A stretch of 50,342 bases of DNA. Origin: Malacoraja senta (lineage: Eukaryota). The position numbers and the translations under genes were made by a program. Below, one piece after another: positions 1 to 12,077 of this stretch; within the stretch, counting starts at the first letter, position 1; each line of letters starts with the position of its first letter. The notes under the pieces were generated by a model. The model ran no database searches, was not told the DNA's origin, and saw only the letters and a list, made by a program, of their open reading frames with translations. The stretch is from assembly GCA_038087875.1 (NCBI GenBank), contig JAXLNO010000028.1:62001-112342 (forward strand), read 5' to 3'.

Positions 1-155
1 TGGAGTCAATGGTGGGGAGTCTGGTCTGTGTGACAGGCTGAGCTACATCCACAACTTTCTGCAATTTCTGTAGGAAGGAACTGCAGATCCTGGTTTAAAC
101 CGAAGCTTTTGTGTGTCTTTCTCTACAATTTCTTGCACTTGGGCAGAGCTGTTTC
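1..155 (-). mobile_element. Rex1/Babar-type LINE fragment, interrupted at about 71-120 by a short Penelope-type repeat piece
   Basis: Bases 1-26 are a near reverse complement of accaggtctccccaccattgactcca at 29499, the same LINE family. Confidence 0.55.
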
Positions 156-159
156 ATTA

Positions 160-350
160 CTATAGCGTGGTAAGCAGAACCAAGTATGTGCAGTCTTGTG
201 TTTCCATACTGTGATTGCACTCAAGAGAATAGAGAGATGCTTCATCCGGATGTTGCTCACTTCGACAACTTTAGTTATGGGTAAAGATTCAATAGGATGG
301 CTTTGTTTTTCCTGGAGCGAAGCAGACCAAGGAGTTTACTTGAGAGAGGT
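160..350 (+). mobile_element. Old degraded CR1 ORF2 3' fragment
   Basis: Decayed match to the RRFTRML..SY.ERL..LFSLE.RR.RG.L.EV region of the younger CR1 copies in this window. Confidence 0.6.
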
Positions 351-369
351 CTGTCTGTCTGTCTATCTA

Positions 370-628
370 TCTTCTATATTACTAAAACTCTCATCTTGTT
401 TGTTTCTATCTATCTATCTATGCGCGCGTATCCAAGTGATCCTGGACCTACGCTAAAAAATTTCGCATCACCTTACTCACAATTATCCTGTGATGGTTTG
501 TGTCAAGTTTCGTTCAGATTGATGTTATATTTCACAAGTTATTGATATTTAAAAATTGGGGGAACGGGTTGCGTTGGGGGACCAGACCACTCATGTGACA
601 GGAACCCAACGGGCCCCACTTCGTCTAG
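370..628 (+). mobile_element. Non-autonomous Helitron, short complete copy
   Basis: 5' TC..TATATTACTAAAACTCTCATCTTG; degenerate 3' hairpin GGAACCC-AAC-GGGCCCC, then ACTTCGT-CTAG|T. Confidence 0.8.
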
Positions 629-1140
629 TATATATATATATATATATTACTAAAACACTCATCTTGTTTGTTTCTATCTATCTATCTATGCGTGCGTATG
701 TGCACCCGGAATAACGCCAAAACAGTACACGTTAGCGCTGAATTGTTTTGCACCACCTTACTCACCATTGTTCTGTGGTTGCTTGTGTCAAGTTTCGTTC
801 AGATTGATGTCATATTTCACAAGTTATTGACATTTTAAAAAAAATTAAAAACCCACTTTGAGAACAATAACTTGGCAGTTTGTGTGGCAGCTGCTGGGAG
901 ATTTTGGCAGTTTCCAGCTATGACGTCACAATGCAATCTCATTTACATAAGCTGCCGTGAAGAGTCCTTCAGCCAATCAACAGTGTTCCACCCGGTTCAA
1001 TGAGAAATTTGTTGTTGTAAAGAGAGAGATGGAGGGAGTGGGGAGGGGAAGAGAAGAAATGTTATTTAACATTGTGTTTAGTGGGGGAGTGCAATAGGGG
1101 ACAGGTGAGGGAGGGAGTGACTGAGGGTAGGGAAAATGAG
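629..1140 (+). mobile_element. Non-autonomous Helitron 5' portion, truncated by CR1
   Basis: Repeats the 5' end of 370-560 after a (TA)n run; shares its purine-rich tract with the 10181-11265 copy. Confidence 0.72.
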
Positions 1141-3632
1141 AGGCAAAGGCAAAACAGTTATAATGGGTGACTTCAATCTACATATAGATTGGGCGAATCA
1201 AATTGGCAGGGGTGCTGAGGAAGAGGATTTCTTGGAATGTATGCGGGTTAGTTATCTAAACCAACATGTAGAGGAACCAACGAGAGTGCAGGCTATTCTA
1301 GACTGGGTATTGAGTAATGAGGAAGGGCTAGTTAGCAGTCTTGTTATGCGTGCCTCCTTGGGCAAGAGTGGCCATAATATGGTTGAGTTCTTCATTAGGA
1401 TGGAGAGTAACATTGTTAATTCAGAAACAATGGTTCTGAACTTAAAGGTAACTTTGAGGGTATGAGACGTGAATTGGCCAAGATTGACTGGCAATTAGTT
1501 CTAAAAGGGTTGACGGTGGATATGCAATGGAAGGCATTTAAAGACTGCATGGATGAACTACAAAAATTGTTCATCCCAGTTTGGCAAAAGAATAAATCAG
1601 GGAAGGTAGTGCATCCGTGGATAACAAGGGAAATCAGGGATAGTATCAAAGCAAAAGATGATGCGTACAAATTAGCCAGAAAAAGCAGCATACCAGAGGA
1701 CTGGGAGAAATTCAGAGACCAGCAGAGGAGGACAAAGGGCTTAATTAGGAAAGGGAAAATAGATTATGACAGAAAACTGGCAGGGAACATAAAAACTGAC
1801 TGCAAAAGTTTTTATACATATGTGAAGAGAAAGAGATTAGTTAAAACAAATGTAGGTCCCTTGCAGTCAGAAACAGGTGAATTGATCATGGGGAACAAGG
1901 ATATGGCGGACCAATTGAATAACTACTTTGGTTCCGTCTTCACTAAGGAAGACATAAATAATCTGCCGGAAATAGCAGGGGACCGGGGGTCAAATGAGAT
2001 GGAGGAACTGAGTGAAATCCAGGTTAGCCGGGAAGTGGTGTTAGGTAAATTGAATGGATTAAAGGCCGATAAATCACCAGGGCCAGATAGGCTGCATCCC
2101 AGAGTACTTAAGGAAGTAGCCCCAGAAATAGTGGATGCATTAGTGATAATTTTTCAAAACTCTTTAGATTCTGGAGTAGTTCCTGAGGATTGGAGGGTAG
2201 CAAACGTAACCCCACTTTTTAAGAAGGGAGGGAGAGAGAAAACGTGGAATTACAGACCAGTTAGTCTAACATCGGTAGTGGGGAAACTGCTAGAGTCAGT
2301 TATTAAAGATGGGATAGCAGCACATTTGGAAATCATTGGACAAAGTCAGCATGGATTTACGAAAGGTAAATCATGTCTGACGAATCTTATAGAATTTTTC
2401 GAGGATGTAACTAGTAGAGTGGATAGGGGAGAACCAGTGGATGTGTTGTATCTGGACTTTCAGAAGGCTTTCGACAAGGTCCCACATAAGAGATTAATAT
2501 ACAAACTTAAAGCACATGGTATTGGGGGTTTAGTATTGATGTGGATAGAGAACTGGCTGGCAAACAGGAAGCAAAGAGTAGGAGTAAACGGCAGGCAGTG
2601 ACTAGTGGGGTACCGCAAGGCTCAGTACTGGGACCCCAGCTATTTACAATTTATATTAATGAACTGGATGAGGGAATTGAAGGCAACATCTCCAAGTTTG
2701 CGGATGACACTAAGCTGGGGGGCAGTGTTAGCTGTGAGGAGGATGCTAGGAGACTGCAAGGTGACTTGGATAGGCTGGGTGAGTGGGCAAATGTTTGGCA
2801 GATGCAGTATAATGTAGATAAATGTGAGATTATCCACTTTGGTGGCAAAAACAGGAAAGCAGACTATTATCTAAATGGTGGCCGATTAGGAAAAGGGGAG
2901 ATGCAGCGAGACCTGGGTGTCATGGTACACCAGTCATTGAAAGTAGGCATGCAGGTGCAGCAGGCAGTGAAGAAAGCGAATGGTATGTTAGCTTTCATAG
3001 CAAAAGGATTTGAGTATAGGAGCAGGGAGGTTCTACTGCAGTTGTACAGGGCCTTGGTGAGACCACACCTGGAGTATTGTGTACAATTTTGGTCTCCTAA
3101 TCAGAGGAAAGACATTCTTGCCATAGAGGGAGTACAGAGAAGGTTCACCAGACTGTTTCCTGGGATGGCAGGACTTTCATATGAAGAAAGACTGGATAGA
3201 CTCGGCTTGTACTCGCTAGAATTTAGAAGATTGAGGGGGGATCTTATTGAAACTTACAAAATTCTTAAGGGGTTGGACAGGCTAGATGTAGGAAGATTGT
3301 TCCCGATGTTGGGGAAGTCCAGAACAAAGGGTCACAGTTTAAGGATAAAGGGGAAATCTTTTAGGACTGAGATGTGAAAAACATTTTTTACACAGAGAGT
3401 GGTGAATTTCTGGAACTCTCTGCCACAGAAGGTAGTTGAGGCCAGTTCATTGGCTATATTTAAGAGGGAGTTAGATGTGGCCATTGTGGCTAAAGGGATC
3501 AGGGGGTATGGAGAGAAGGCAGGTACAGGATACTGAGATGGATGATCAGCCATGATCATATTGAATGGCGGTGCAGGCTCAAAGGGCCGAATGGCCTACT
3601 CCTGCACCTATTTTCAATGTTTCTTTGTTTCT
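1141..3632 (+). mobile_element. CR1 LINE family A, 5'-truncated, ORF2 frameshifted
   Basis: ORFs 1136-1465, 1462-2601 and 2541-3377 carry [23 protein letters not shown] and FADD motifs; 3' UTR ends in a ttc(t/a)atgt-type tail. Confidence 0.96.
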
Positions 3633-3724
3633 AAAACATTAATGCACTAAAAAAAATAAAAGAAAGAAAAAACGAACAGGCTGCCAGCAGGGCTGCCATC
3701 TCCCCGGTGCCCCTGGTGGTCGTT

Positions 3725-3806
3725 AGTATATATATATATACTAAATATATATATATACTATATATATATATCTAGTATATATATATATCTAGTATATATA
3801 TATATA
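3725..3806. repeat. (TA)n microsatellite punctuated by CTA/CTAG remnants
   Basis: tatata runs interrupted by cta and tctag. Confidence 0.9.
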
Positions 3807-3896
3807 CTAGACTAAGTGGGACCCGTTGGGTCCCAGGTTCACACGGGAGGGCTAGTCCCCCAACGCAATATTTCCACCTCTCCACCAATTCCAATA

Positions 3897-4390
3897 TACA
3901 CACCCAGACTCAAACACACACTCACACACACATACACACCCTCCACCTCACACACACATACTCACACACATACTCACTCATTCACACACACACTCACTCA
4001 CACACACACACACACACACAGACTGACACTCACACACTCAGACTCACTCACACACAAACACACACACATTCACTCACACCCACACACATACACTCCCACT
4101 CACACACATACTCAAGCACACATACATGCACACACATACACTCCAACACACAGACACTCACACTCACTGACACACATACACTCACACACACATACTCACA
4201 CACATAGAATCACACATGCACTCACACACACACATACACATACGCACACACACACACTCACACATACACTCTCACACTCTCAGACACACACACATACACT
4301 CACAGACGCTCACACACGCACTCACACATACTCACACACATACACTCACACACACTCACACAAATACACTCACACACTGATTCACACACC
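3897..4390. repeat. Compound (CA)n/(CACT)n microsatellite
   Basis: Directly visible. Confidence 0.95.
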
Positions 4391-4577
4391 ATATATATGA
4401 CAGTAAACTTTCTTGAATCTACTCACACGGCTGAGCGCGGCCTCTCCACTATGGGGCTTCCGCAGTCAGCTGCACTTCCGCAATCAGCGCGACCTGTCCA
4501 CTACGCGGAAATTACGCAATCAGCGCGACCTGTCCACTACGCGGAAGTCACGAAATGAGCGGGACTTTATAACTAAA

Positions 4578-4810
4578 CACAGCCGGAGCTAATAAAGCAT
4601 TTATTCCTTCCAAACACTGTCGGACCTAATAAAGCATTTATTCCTTCCAAACACTGTCGGACCTAATAAAGCATTTATTCCTTCCAAACACAGTCGGACC
4701 TAATAAAGCATTTATTCCTTCCACAGTTGGACCTAATAAAGCATTATTCCTTCCAAACACAGTCGGACCTAAGAAAGCATTTATTCCTTCCAGACACAGT
4801 CGGACCTAAT
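4578..4810. repeat. 37-bp minisatellite, about 6 copies (cacagtcggacctaataaagcatttattccttccaaa)
   Basis: Unit starts at 4578, 4615, 4652 and 4689; a separate 37-bp duplication lies at about 4470-4550. Confidence 0.95.
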
Positions 4811-5483
4811 TAAGCACTGCAGTTTCAAGCACAGGCAGGGCAGCAGGCCAAACAACTCATGGCATTGTAATTAAGGGCTAACAAATCATTATTGCAAGTA
4901 CATTGCAGACTCACAGTTCTCAGTTGATTCAAAGCTTAGAATGACAGTCGTGGCCTCTCCCTCGCGATCTTGCAGAGTGACTGACTCACGTCCAGGTTTC
5001 CTGGGTTTTATAGTCCTGCCCCCCCCCCCCTCCAGAAGGGGCGTTACCTTCATCATGGTGGTTGACAGGCGAGAGAACCAATCAGCTGATCTCAAGGTTT
5101 TTTAAACACTCCTAACTTTTTTATTTTTCATCGATGGGAAAAATCCTCGGGGCTGGCTCAGCGGAGGACTGTGAGTAAGATGGCCAAAAATCAGCGCGAT
5201 ACATGGTATCATTTTTTCTAAAATCAATATACAGCGCAGACAGGAAGTGATCAAGATGAGACATAATTATATACTAGACTAAGTGGGACCTGTTGGGTCC
5301 CATGTTCAAACGGGAGGGCTGGTCCCCCAACACAATATTCCACCTCTCCACCAATTCCAATATTGGTGGCCAGTGGGGGGGGGGGGGTTCTGGAGCGCTA
5401 GTATGGGTGTTGTGGGCCGAAGGGACTGGTTTCCAGAGGGCTAGTAAGGACATTGTGGGCCGAATGGAATCTTGAGCTGGTAA

Positions 5484-5604
5484 CTCAGTCACTCAGGCCT
5501 GGTGGGCTGGCAGCTCAGTCACTCAGGCCTGGTGGGCTGGCAGCTCTGTCACTCTGGGCTGGTGGGCTGGCAGCTCAGTCACTCAGGGCTGGTGGGCTGG
5601 CAGT
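5484..5604. repeat. 30-bp minisatellite, 4 copies (ctcagtcactcaggcctggtgggctggcag)
   Basis: Directly visible. Confidence 0.95.
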
Positions 5605-5626
5605 TCACTCACAGCTATTCCTTGAA

Positions 5627-6063
5627 ATACCATTTCAAGCAGAGTGCAGGCCACCAAATCTAAATGCAGTTTCATACCATTTCAAGCAGAGTGCAGGCCA
5701 CCAAATCCAAATGCAATTTAATACCATTTCAAGCAGACTGCAGGCTACCAAATTCAAATACAGTTTCATACCATTTCTAGCAGAGTGCAGGCCACCAAAT
5801 TCAAATGCAATTTCACACCATTTCAAGCAGAGTGCAGGCCACAAAATTCAAATGCAAATTCATACCATTTCAAGCAGAGTGCAGGTCACCAAATTCAAAT
5901 GCAATTTCATACCATTTCTAGCAGAGTGCAGGCCACCAAATTCAAATGCAATTTCATACCATTTCAAGCAGTGCAGGCCACCAAATTCAAATGCAATTTC
6001 ATACCATTTCAAACAGAGTGCAGGCCACCAATTTTAAGACCATTTGCAATTTCATACCATTTC
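5627..6063. repeat. 47-bp minisatellite, about 9 copies (ataccatttcaagcagagtgcaggccaccaaattcaaatgcaatttc)
   Basis: Unit starts at 5627, 5674, 5721, 5768 and onward. Confidence 0.95.
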
Positions 6064-6201
6064 GGCTTTATACTCCTGCCCCCCCCCCCCACCCCCCGGA
6101 AGGGGCGTTACCTTCATCCTGGTGATTGACAGGTGAGAGGATCAATCAGCTGATCTCAAGATTTTTTTAACATTCATAACTTTTTTATTTTTCATCGATC
6201 G

Positions 6202-9200
6202 AGTGAGGTCATAGAGAGGAGTTATAGAGAGGTGGTCACTCCAAGACCACGGGAGGCAGACAAGTGGGTCACAGTTAGGAGGGGCAAGGGGCAGAGGCAG
6301 GGACTAGAGAGTACTCCGGTGGCTGTACACCTTGGCAATAAGTACTCCTGTTTTGAGTACTGTTGGTGGGGACAGCCTACCTGGGGGTAGCGACAGCGAC
6401 CGGGCCTCCGGCACAGAGACCGGCCCTGTTGCTCAGAAGGGTAGGGAAAAGAAGAGGAGGGCAATAGTAATAGGGGACTCTATAGTTAGAGGGTCAGATA
6501 GGCGATTCTGTGGATGCAGTCAGGAGACCCGGATGGTAGTTTGCCTCCCTGGTGCCAGGGTCTGGGATGTGTCTGAACGTGTCCAAGATATCCTCAAATA
6601 GGAGGGAGAGGAGCCTGAGGTTGTGGTACATATAGGTACCAATGACATAGGTAGAAAAAGAGAAGAGGTCCTGAAAGGAGCATTTAGGGAGTTACGAAGA
6701 GAGTTAAGGAGAAGGACTGCTAAAGTAACAATCGCAGGATTACTGCCTGTGCCACGCGACAGTGAGAGTAGGAATGGAGTGAGGTGGAGGATAAATGCGT
6801 GGCTGAGGGACTGGTGCAGAGGGCAGGGATTCAAGTTTCTGGATCATTGGGGCCTCTTTTGGGGAAGGTGTGACCTGTACAAAAAGGACGGGTTGCACTT
6901 GAACCCGAGGGGAACCAATATCCTGGCTGGGAGATTTGCAAAGGCTACTGGGGAGACGTTAAACTAGAACGGTTGGGTGGAGGGACTCAAATAGAGAAAG
7001 CTAGTAGACAGTGTGTGAGGCAGGAGGCAGAGAAGGGAAGCACTCAGACCCAACATGTAGGGGAGAAAGAAGAAAAAGATAATAAACAGAGAATAAGAGG
7101 TGGTGGGTTTCTTAAATGTGTATATTTTAATGCTAGGAGCATTGTAAGAAAGGTGGATGAGCTTAGAGCCCGGATTGACACCTGGAAGTATGATGTTGTG
7201 GCGATTAGTGAAACATGGTTGCAGGATGGCTGTGATTGGAAACTAAATATTCCAGGATTTCGTTGCTTCAGGTGTGATAGAATTGGAGGGGCAAGAGGTG
7301 GATGTGTTCCATTGCTTGTCAGGGAAGATATTACAGCAGTGCATTGGCAGGATAGATTAGAGGGCTCGTCTAGGGAGGCTATTTGGGTGGAACTGAGAAA
7401 TGGGAAAGGTGTGCCAACACTTATATGGGTGTATTATAGACCGCCTAATGGGGAGTGAGAATTGGAAGAGCAAATATGTAAGGAGATAGCAGATATTAGT
7501 AGTAAGCACAAGGTAGTGATTGTGGGAGATTTCAATTTTCCACACATAGACTGGAAATCACATTCTGTAAAAGGGCTGGATGGTTTGGAGTTTGTAAAAT
7601 GTGTGCAGGATAGTTTTTTGCAGCAATACATAGAGGTACTTACTGGAGATGGGGCAGTGCTGGACCTCCTGTTAGGAAATGAGGCAGTTCAGGTGGCGGA
7701 GGTATGTGTTGGGGAGCACTTCGGGTCCAGTGATCACAATACCATTAGTTTCAATATAATTATGGAGAAGGTCAGAACTGGACCAAGGGTTGAGATTTTT
7801 GATTGGAGAAAGGCTAACTTTGAGGAGATGCGAAAGGATTTAAAAGGAGTGAATAGGGACATATTGTTTTATGGGAAGGATGTAGTAGGGAAATGGAGGA
7901 CATTTAAAGGTGAAATTTTAAGAGTACAGAATCTTTATGTACCTGTTCAGTTGAAAGGAAAGAGTAATAATTGGACAGAGCCATGGTTTCAAGGGAAATT
8001 GGACATTTGGTTCGGAAAAAGAGAGAGATCTACAATAATTATAGGCAGCATTGAGTAAATGAGGTGCTTGAGGAGTATAAAGAATGTAAAAAGAATCTTA
8101 AGAAAGAAATTAGAAAAGCTAAAAGAAGATATGAGGTTGCTTTGGCAAGTAAGGTGAAAGTAAATCTAAAGGGTTTCGACAGCCATATTAATAGCAAAAG
8201 GATAACGAGGGATAAAATTGGTCCATTAGAGAGTCAGAGTGGACAGCTATCTGCAGAGCCAAAAGAGATGGGGGAGATATTGAACAATTTCTTTTCTTCG
8301 GTATTCACACCAAGGAGAAGGATATTGAATTATGTGAGGTAAGAGAAATAAGTAGGGTAGCTGTGGAAACTATGAGGATCAAAGAAGAGGAAGTATTGAC
8401 ACTTTTGAAAAATATTAAAGTGGATAAGTCTCCAGGTCCTGACAGGATATTCCCTCGGACATTGAGGGAAGTTAGTGTAGAAATAGCAGGGGCTATGACA
8501 AAAATATTTCAAATGTCATTAGAAACGGGAATGGTGCCGGAGGATTGGCGTACTGTGCATGTTCTTCCATTGTTTAAAAAGGGTTCGAAGAGTAAACCTA
8601 GCAATTATAGACCTGTTAGTATGACGTCAGTGGTGGGCAAATTAATGGAAAGGATACTTAGAGATAATATATATAATCATCTGGATACACATGGTCTGAT
8701 TAGGAAGTCAACATGGATTTGTGCCTGGAAGGTCATGTTTGACTAATCTTCTTGAATTTTTTGAAGAGGTTACTAGGGAAATTGATGAGGGTAAAGCGGT
8801 GCATGTTGTCTATATGGACTTCAGTAAGGCCTTTGACAAGGTTCCACATGGAAGGTTGGTTAAGGTTAAATTGTTGGGTATTAATAGTGGAGTAGCAAGA
8901 TGGATTCAACAGTGGCTGAATGGGAGATACCAGAGATGAATGGTGGATAACTGTTTGTCAGGTTGGAGGCCGGTGATTAGTGGAGTGCCTCAGGGATCTG
9001 CGTTGGGTCCACTGATGTTTGTCATATACATCAATGATCTGGATGATGGTGTGGTAAATTGGATTAGTAAGTATGCAGATGATACTAAGATAGGTGGTGT
9101 TGTGGATAATGAAGTAGATTTTCAAAGTCTATAGAGAGATTTAGGCCATTGGAAGAGTGGGCTGAAAGATGGCAGATGGAGTTTAATGCTGATAAGTGTG

Positions 9201-10000
9201 ACGTGCTACATCTTGGCAGGACAAATCAAAATAGGACGTACATGGTAAATGGTAGCGAATTGAGGAATACAGTTGAACAGAGGGATCTAGGAATAACTGT
9301 GCATAGTTCCCTGAAGGTGGAATCTCATGTAGATAGGGTGGTAAAGAAAGGTTTTCGTGTGCTGGCCTTTATAAATCAGAGCATTGAGTATAGAAGTTGG
9401 GATGTAATGTTAAAATTGTACAAGGCATTGGTGAGGCCAATTCTGGAGTATGGTGTACAATTTTGGTCGCCAAATTATAGGAAAGATGTCAACAAAATAG
9501 AGAGAGTACAGAGGAGATTTACTAGAATGTTGCCTGGGTTTCAGCACCTAAGTTACAGAGAAAGGTTGAACAAGATATGTCTTTATTCTTTGGAGCGCAG
9601 AAGGTTAAGGGGGTACTTGATAGAGGTCTTTAAAATTATGAGAGGGATAGACAGAGTTGACGTGGATAAGCTTTTTCCATTGAGAGTAGGGGAGATTCAA
9701 ACAAGACGACATGATTTGAGAATTAAAGGACAAAAGTTTTGGGGTAACATGAGGGGGAACTTCTTTACTCAGAGAGTGGTAGCTGTGTGGAATGAGCTTC
9801 CAGTGGAAGTGGTGGAGGCAGGTTCGATTTTATCATTTAAAAATAAATTGGATAGGTATATGGACGGGAAAGGAATGGAGGGATGTGGTCTGAGTGGAGG
9901 TAGATGGGACTAGGTGAGAGTAAGTGTTCGGCACGGACTAGAAGGGCCGAGATGGTCTGTTTCCGTGCTGTAATTGTTATATGGTTATATGGTTATATAT
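6202..10000 (+). mobile_element. CR1 LINE family B, truncated within ORF1, multiply disrupted
   Basis: SGNH esterase ORF1 (GDS, GTND, DGLH), APE and RT (YADD) fragments; (atatggtt)n tail; GATCG at 6197-6201 and 10001-10005 is a likely TSD. Confidence 0.96.
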
Positions 10001-10030
10001 GATCGGAAAAATCTAGTATATATATATATA

Positions 10031-10180
10031 CTAGACTAAGTGGGACCCGTTGGGTCCCAGGTTCACATGGGAGGGCTGGTCCCCCAACGCAATATTCCAC
10101 ATCTCCACCAATTCCAATATACACACACATATTATATATATATATAAAAAACGCAAACCGGAAGAGTTTTAGTTATATAT
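10031..10180 (-). mobile_element. Mini non-autonomous Helitron
   Basis: 10031-10125 is near-identical to 3807-3900 (hairpin and CTAG); minus-strand start TATATAACTAAAACTCTT near 10180. Confidence 0.7.
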
Positions 10181-12077
10181 ATACATTTACGCAAAAAGGG
10201 TGCACGATAGCGCTATGGTTTTTCGCCACCTTACTGACCATTCTCCTGTGCTGCAAATGCAACGTTTTGTTCTGATCGGTAGTTCATTTTAAAAGTTATA
10301 AAGGTTTAAAAATCTTAAAAACCACACATGAGCAGATTGGTCTCCTCTCCTGTCATTCACTGCTGTGGCGGCGACACTCTTTCCTGCACCATCGCCGCAC
10401 TGACTGGCCGCGTCCGTTGTCAGTCACGGCACCCCCCCCCCCCCCCCCCGCCTCTGCCAGCTGAGCTGGTGCTCCGGGGCTGCGCCAAGGATCCCGAGGT
10501 CTGGGCACCGTGCCTGGCTCTGAGGGCACCGACGCTCCTCCGGGACCACACCGAGGATTCGAGGCCTGGGTGCTGAGCCTGGCTCTGCGTGCGCTGATGG
10601 CTGATGCTCCTCCGGCGCATGCAAGAAGGGAGAAGAGCGGCAACAACGAGATCCTGGGGAGGTGACGAGGGAGATTGGGGGGCTTGAGGGAGAGGAGGGA
10701 AAGTGAGGAGGGAGAGTGGGGGTGGAGGGGGAATAGAGGGAGAGGAGGAGGGTAGGGATGGGAGAGGAGTTGTGGAGGGAGTGACTGAGGGTAGGGGAAA
10801 GGAGAGGGATTGGGGAGGGGAGGGGAGAGGAAAGGAGGCAGTATGGAGGGAGTGGTGGAGGAGGGGAATAGTGGGAGGGGAAGGGGTGAGTGGGGGAGAT
10901 ATGGAATGGGGAATAGAGGGAGAGGAGGACAGTGGGGGAGGTGAGGAGGGTTAGTGGGGGGGATGGAGAGAGGTGAGGTGGTGTGGGATAGAGGGATAAG
11001 GGGGGAGGGGAGAGGAGTTATGGAGGGAGAGAATGAGCGACTGAGGGTAGGGGAAAGGAGAGGGAGGGATTGTGGAGGGGAGGAGGAGCGGGGGGAAAAG
11101 AGGGAGGGTGAAGAGGAAGGGGAGAGAGTGCTGGGGATGAGGGGGAAATGAGCCGCGCCTGCGCAATTGGGGGCTATGGGTGAGTGGTGGAATATTGCGT
11201 TGGGGGAACGGGTTGCTTTGGGGGACCAGGCCTGCCGTGCGACAGGGACCCAACGGGTCCCACTAGAGAGAGAGAGAGATTCCTTTATTTGTCATTCAGA
11301 CCTTTCGGGTGCCTGCAGTCACACATATAATAATAAATAACAAAACACACAATAAACACAAATTAACATCCACCACAGTGAGTTCACCAGGCACCTCCTC
11401 ACTGTGATGGAGGCAAAAGTCTTAAAGTCTCTGTCTCTTCCCTCTTTGTTCTTCCTCTGCGCTGAGGCGATCCAGGCTTCTGATGTTGTGGCCCCGCGGG
11501 GTGATGGTAAGTCTGTCCCGCGGCTGAATCCGTGCTCCGCGACGGGCCGGTTCAAACTCCGCGGCCCGGGGTGGTCGAAGCTGCCGCCCTCCAGTCCAGC
11601 GGACGCAGCTGTAGTTGCGGGAGCTCCAGAAAAACAGGTCACCCACCTGTGACCTGCGAGCTCCCGACGATGTCGTCCACTGGGCCAGCCCCGGATTCAG
11701 GTCGCCACCAGTGTCTTTGGTCACCACCGCCGGAACGCCACCGCAGCCCCGAAGTTGGCCAGCCTCGCGTTGGTAAGTCCTGGCTCTGCCTCCGGAGCCT
11801 CGAGGTCGGTCGGTCGCAGTTGGAGGCCGTCAGCTCCGCCATTAGGCCTCAGCGCAGACGGAAGCAGAGAAGGGGGATACAACAAGAAAAAGTCGCATTC
11901 CCCCGAAGAGACAAAAATCATGTTTCACCCCCCCCCCCCCACACATACACAACCCAATAAACTAAAATTTAACTAAAACATGACAAAAGAAAACAACAAA
12001 AAAAGTAAAAACAGACGGACTGCAGGCGAGCCGCTGCTGTTCAAAAGCGCCGCCACTACCGCCACCACTAAATCTAG
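10181..12077 (+). mobile_element. Non-autonomous Helitron whose 3' terminus is split by a retroposon (11266-12064)
   Basis: 5' region matches 710-860; hairpin GGGACCC-AAC-GGGTCCC at 11245-11261; terminal AATCTAG|T at 12071-12077. Confidence 0.78.
11266..12064 (-). mobile_element. GC-rich non-coding retroposon (~0.8 kb), family unassigned
   Basis: CCACTA duplicated at 11260-11265 and 12065-12070; minus-strand 3' end aatgacaaataaa plus (tc)n tail; related to 33729-34582. Confidence 0.7.

Larger units (their letters stand above)
3807..5272 (-). mobile_element. Non-autonomous Helitron (~1.47 kb) containing tandem repeats
   Basis: Minus strand ends GGGACCC-AAC-GGGTCCC-ACTTAGT-CTAG|T at 3807; minus-strand start ATATAATTATGTCTCATCTTG resembles the family 5' end. 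Confidence 0.8.
5274..6201 (-). mobile_element. Non-autonomous Helitron, 3' part; interrupted by CR1, with a few bases resuming at 10001-10012
   Basis: Same CTAG and hairpin terminus at 5274; 6065-6200 matches 5005-5135 of the adjacent copy. Confidence 0.8.

Noticed and set aside
3816..4400. 194-aa His/Thr-rich ORF
   Set aside because: Translation of a (CA)n microsatellite.
4578..4810. CRISPR-like array of 37-bp repeats
   Set aside because: The units are contiguous with no unique spacers, there are no cas genes, and the context is vertebrate; it is a minisatellite.
5453..6129. Repetitive ORFs of 194 and 114 aa
   Set aside because: Products of 30-bp and 47-bp tandem repeats; the 47-bp unit cycles through reading frames.
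6332..6967. Host GDSL/SGNH lipase gene
   Set aside because: It is the esterase domain of CR1 ORF1, an established feature, directly upstream of ORF2 in three copies.
10650..11253. Gly/Glu-rich and Pro-rich ORFs
   Set aside because: Low-complexity purine tract inside a Helitron.
11319..11976. Several overlapping ORFs on both strands (also at 33816-34563)
   Set aside because: Stop-poor GC-rich repeat; no recognisable domain and no shared frame between the two family members.
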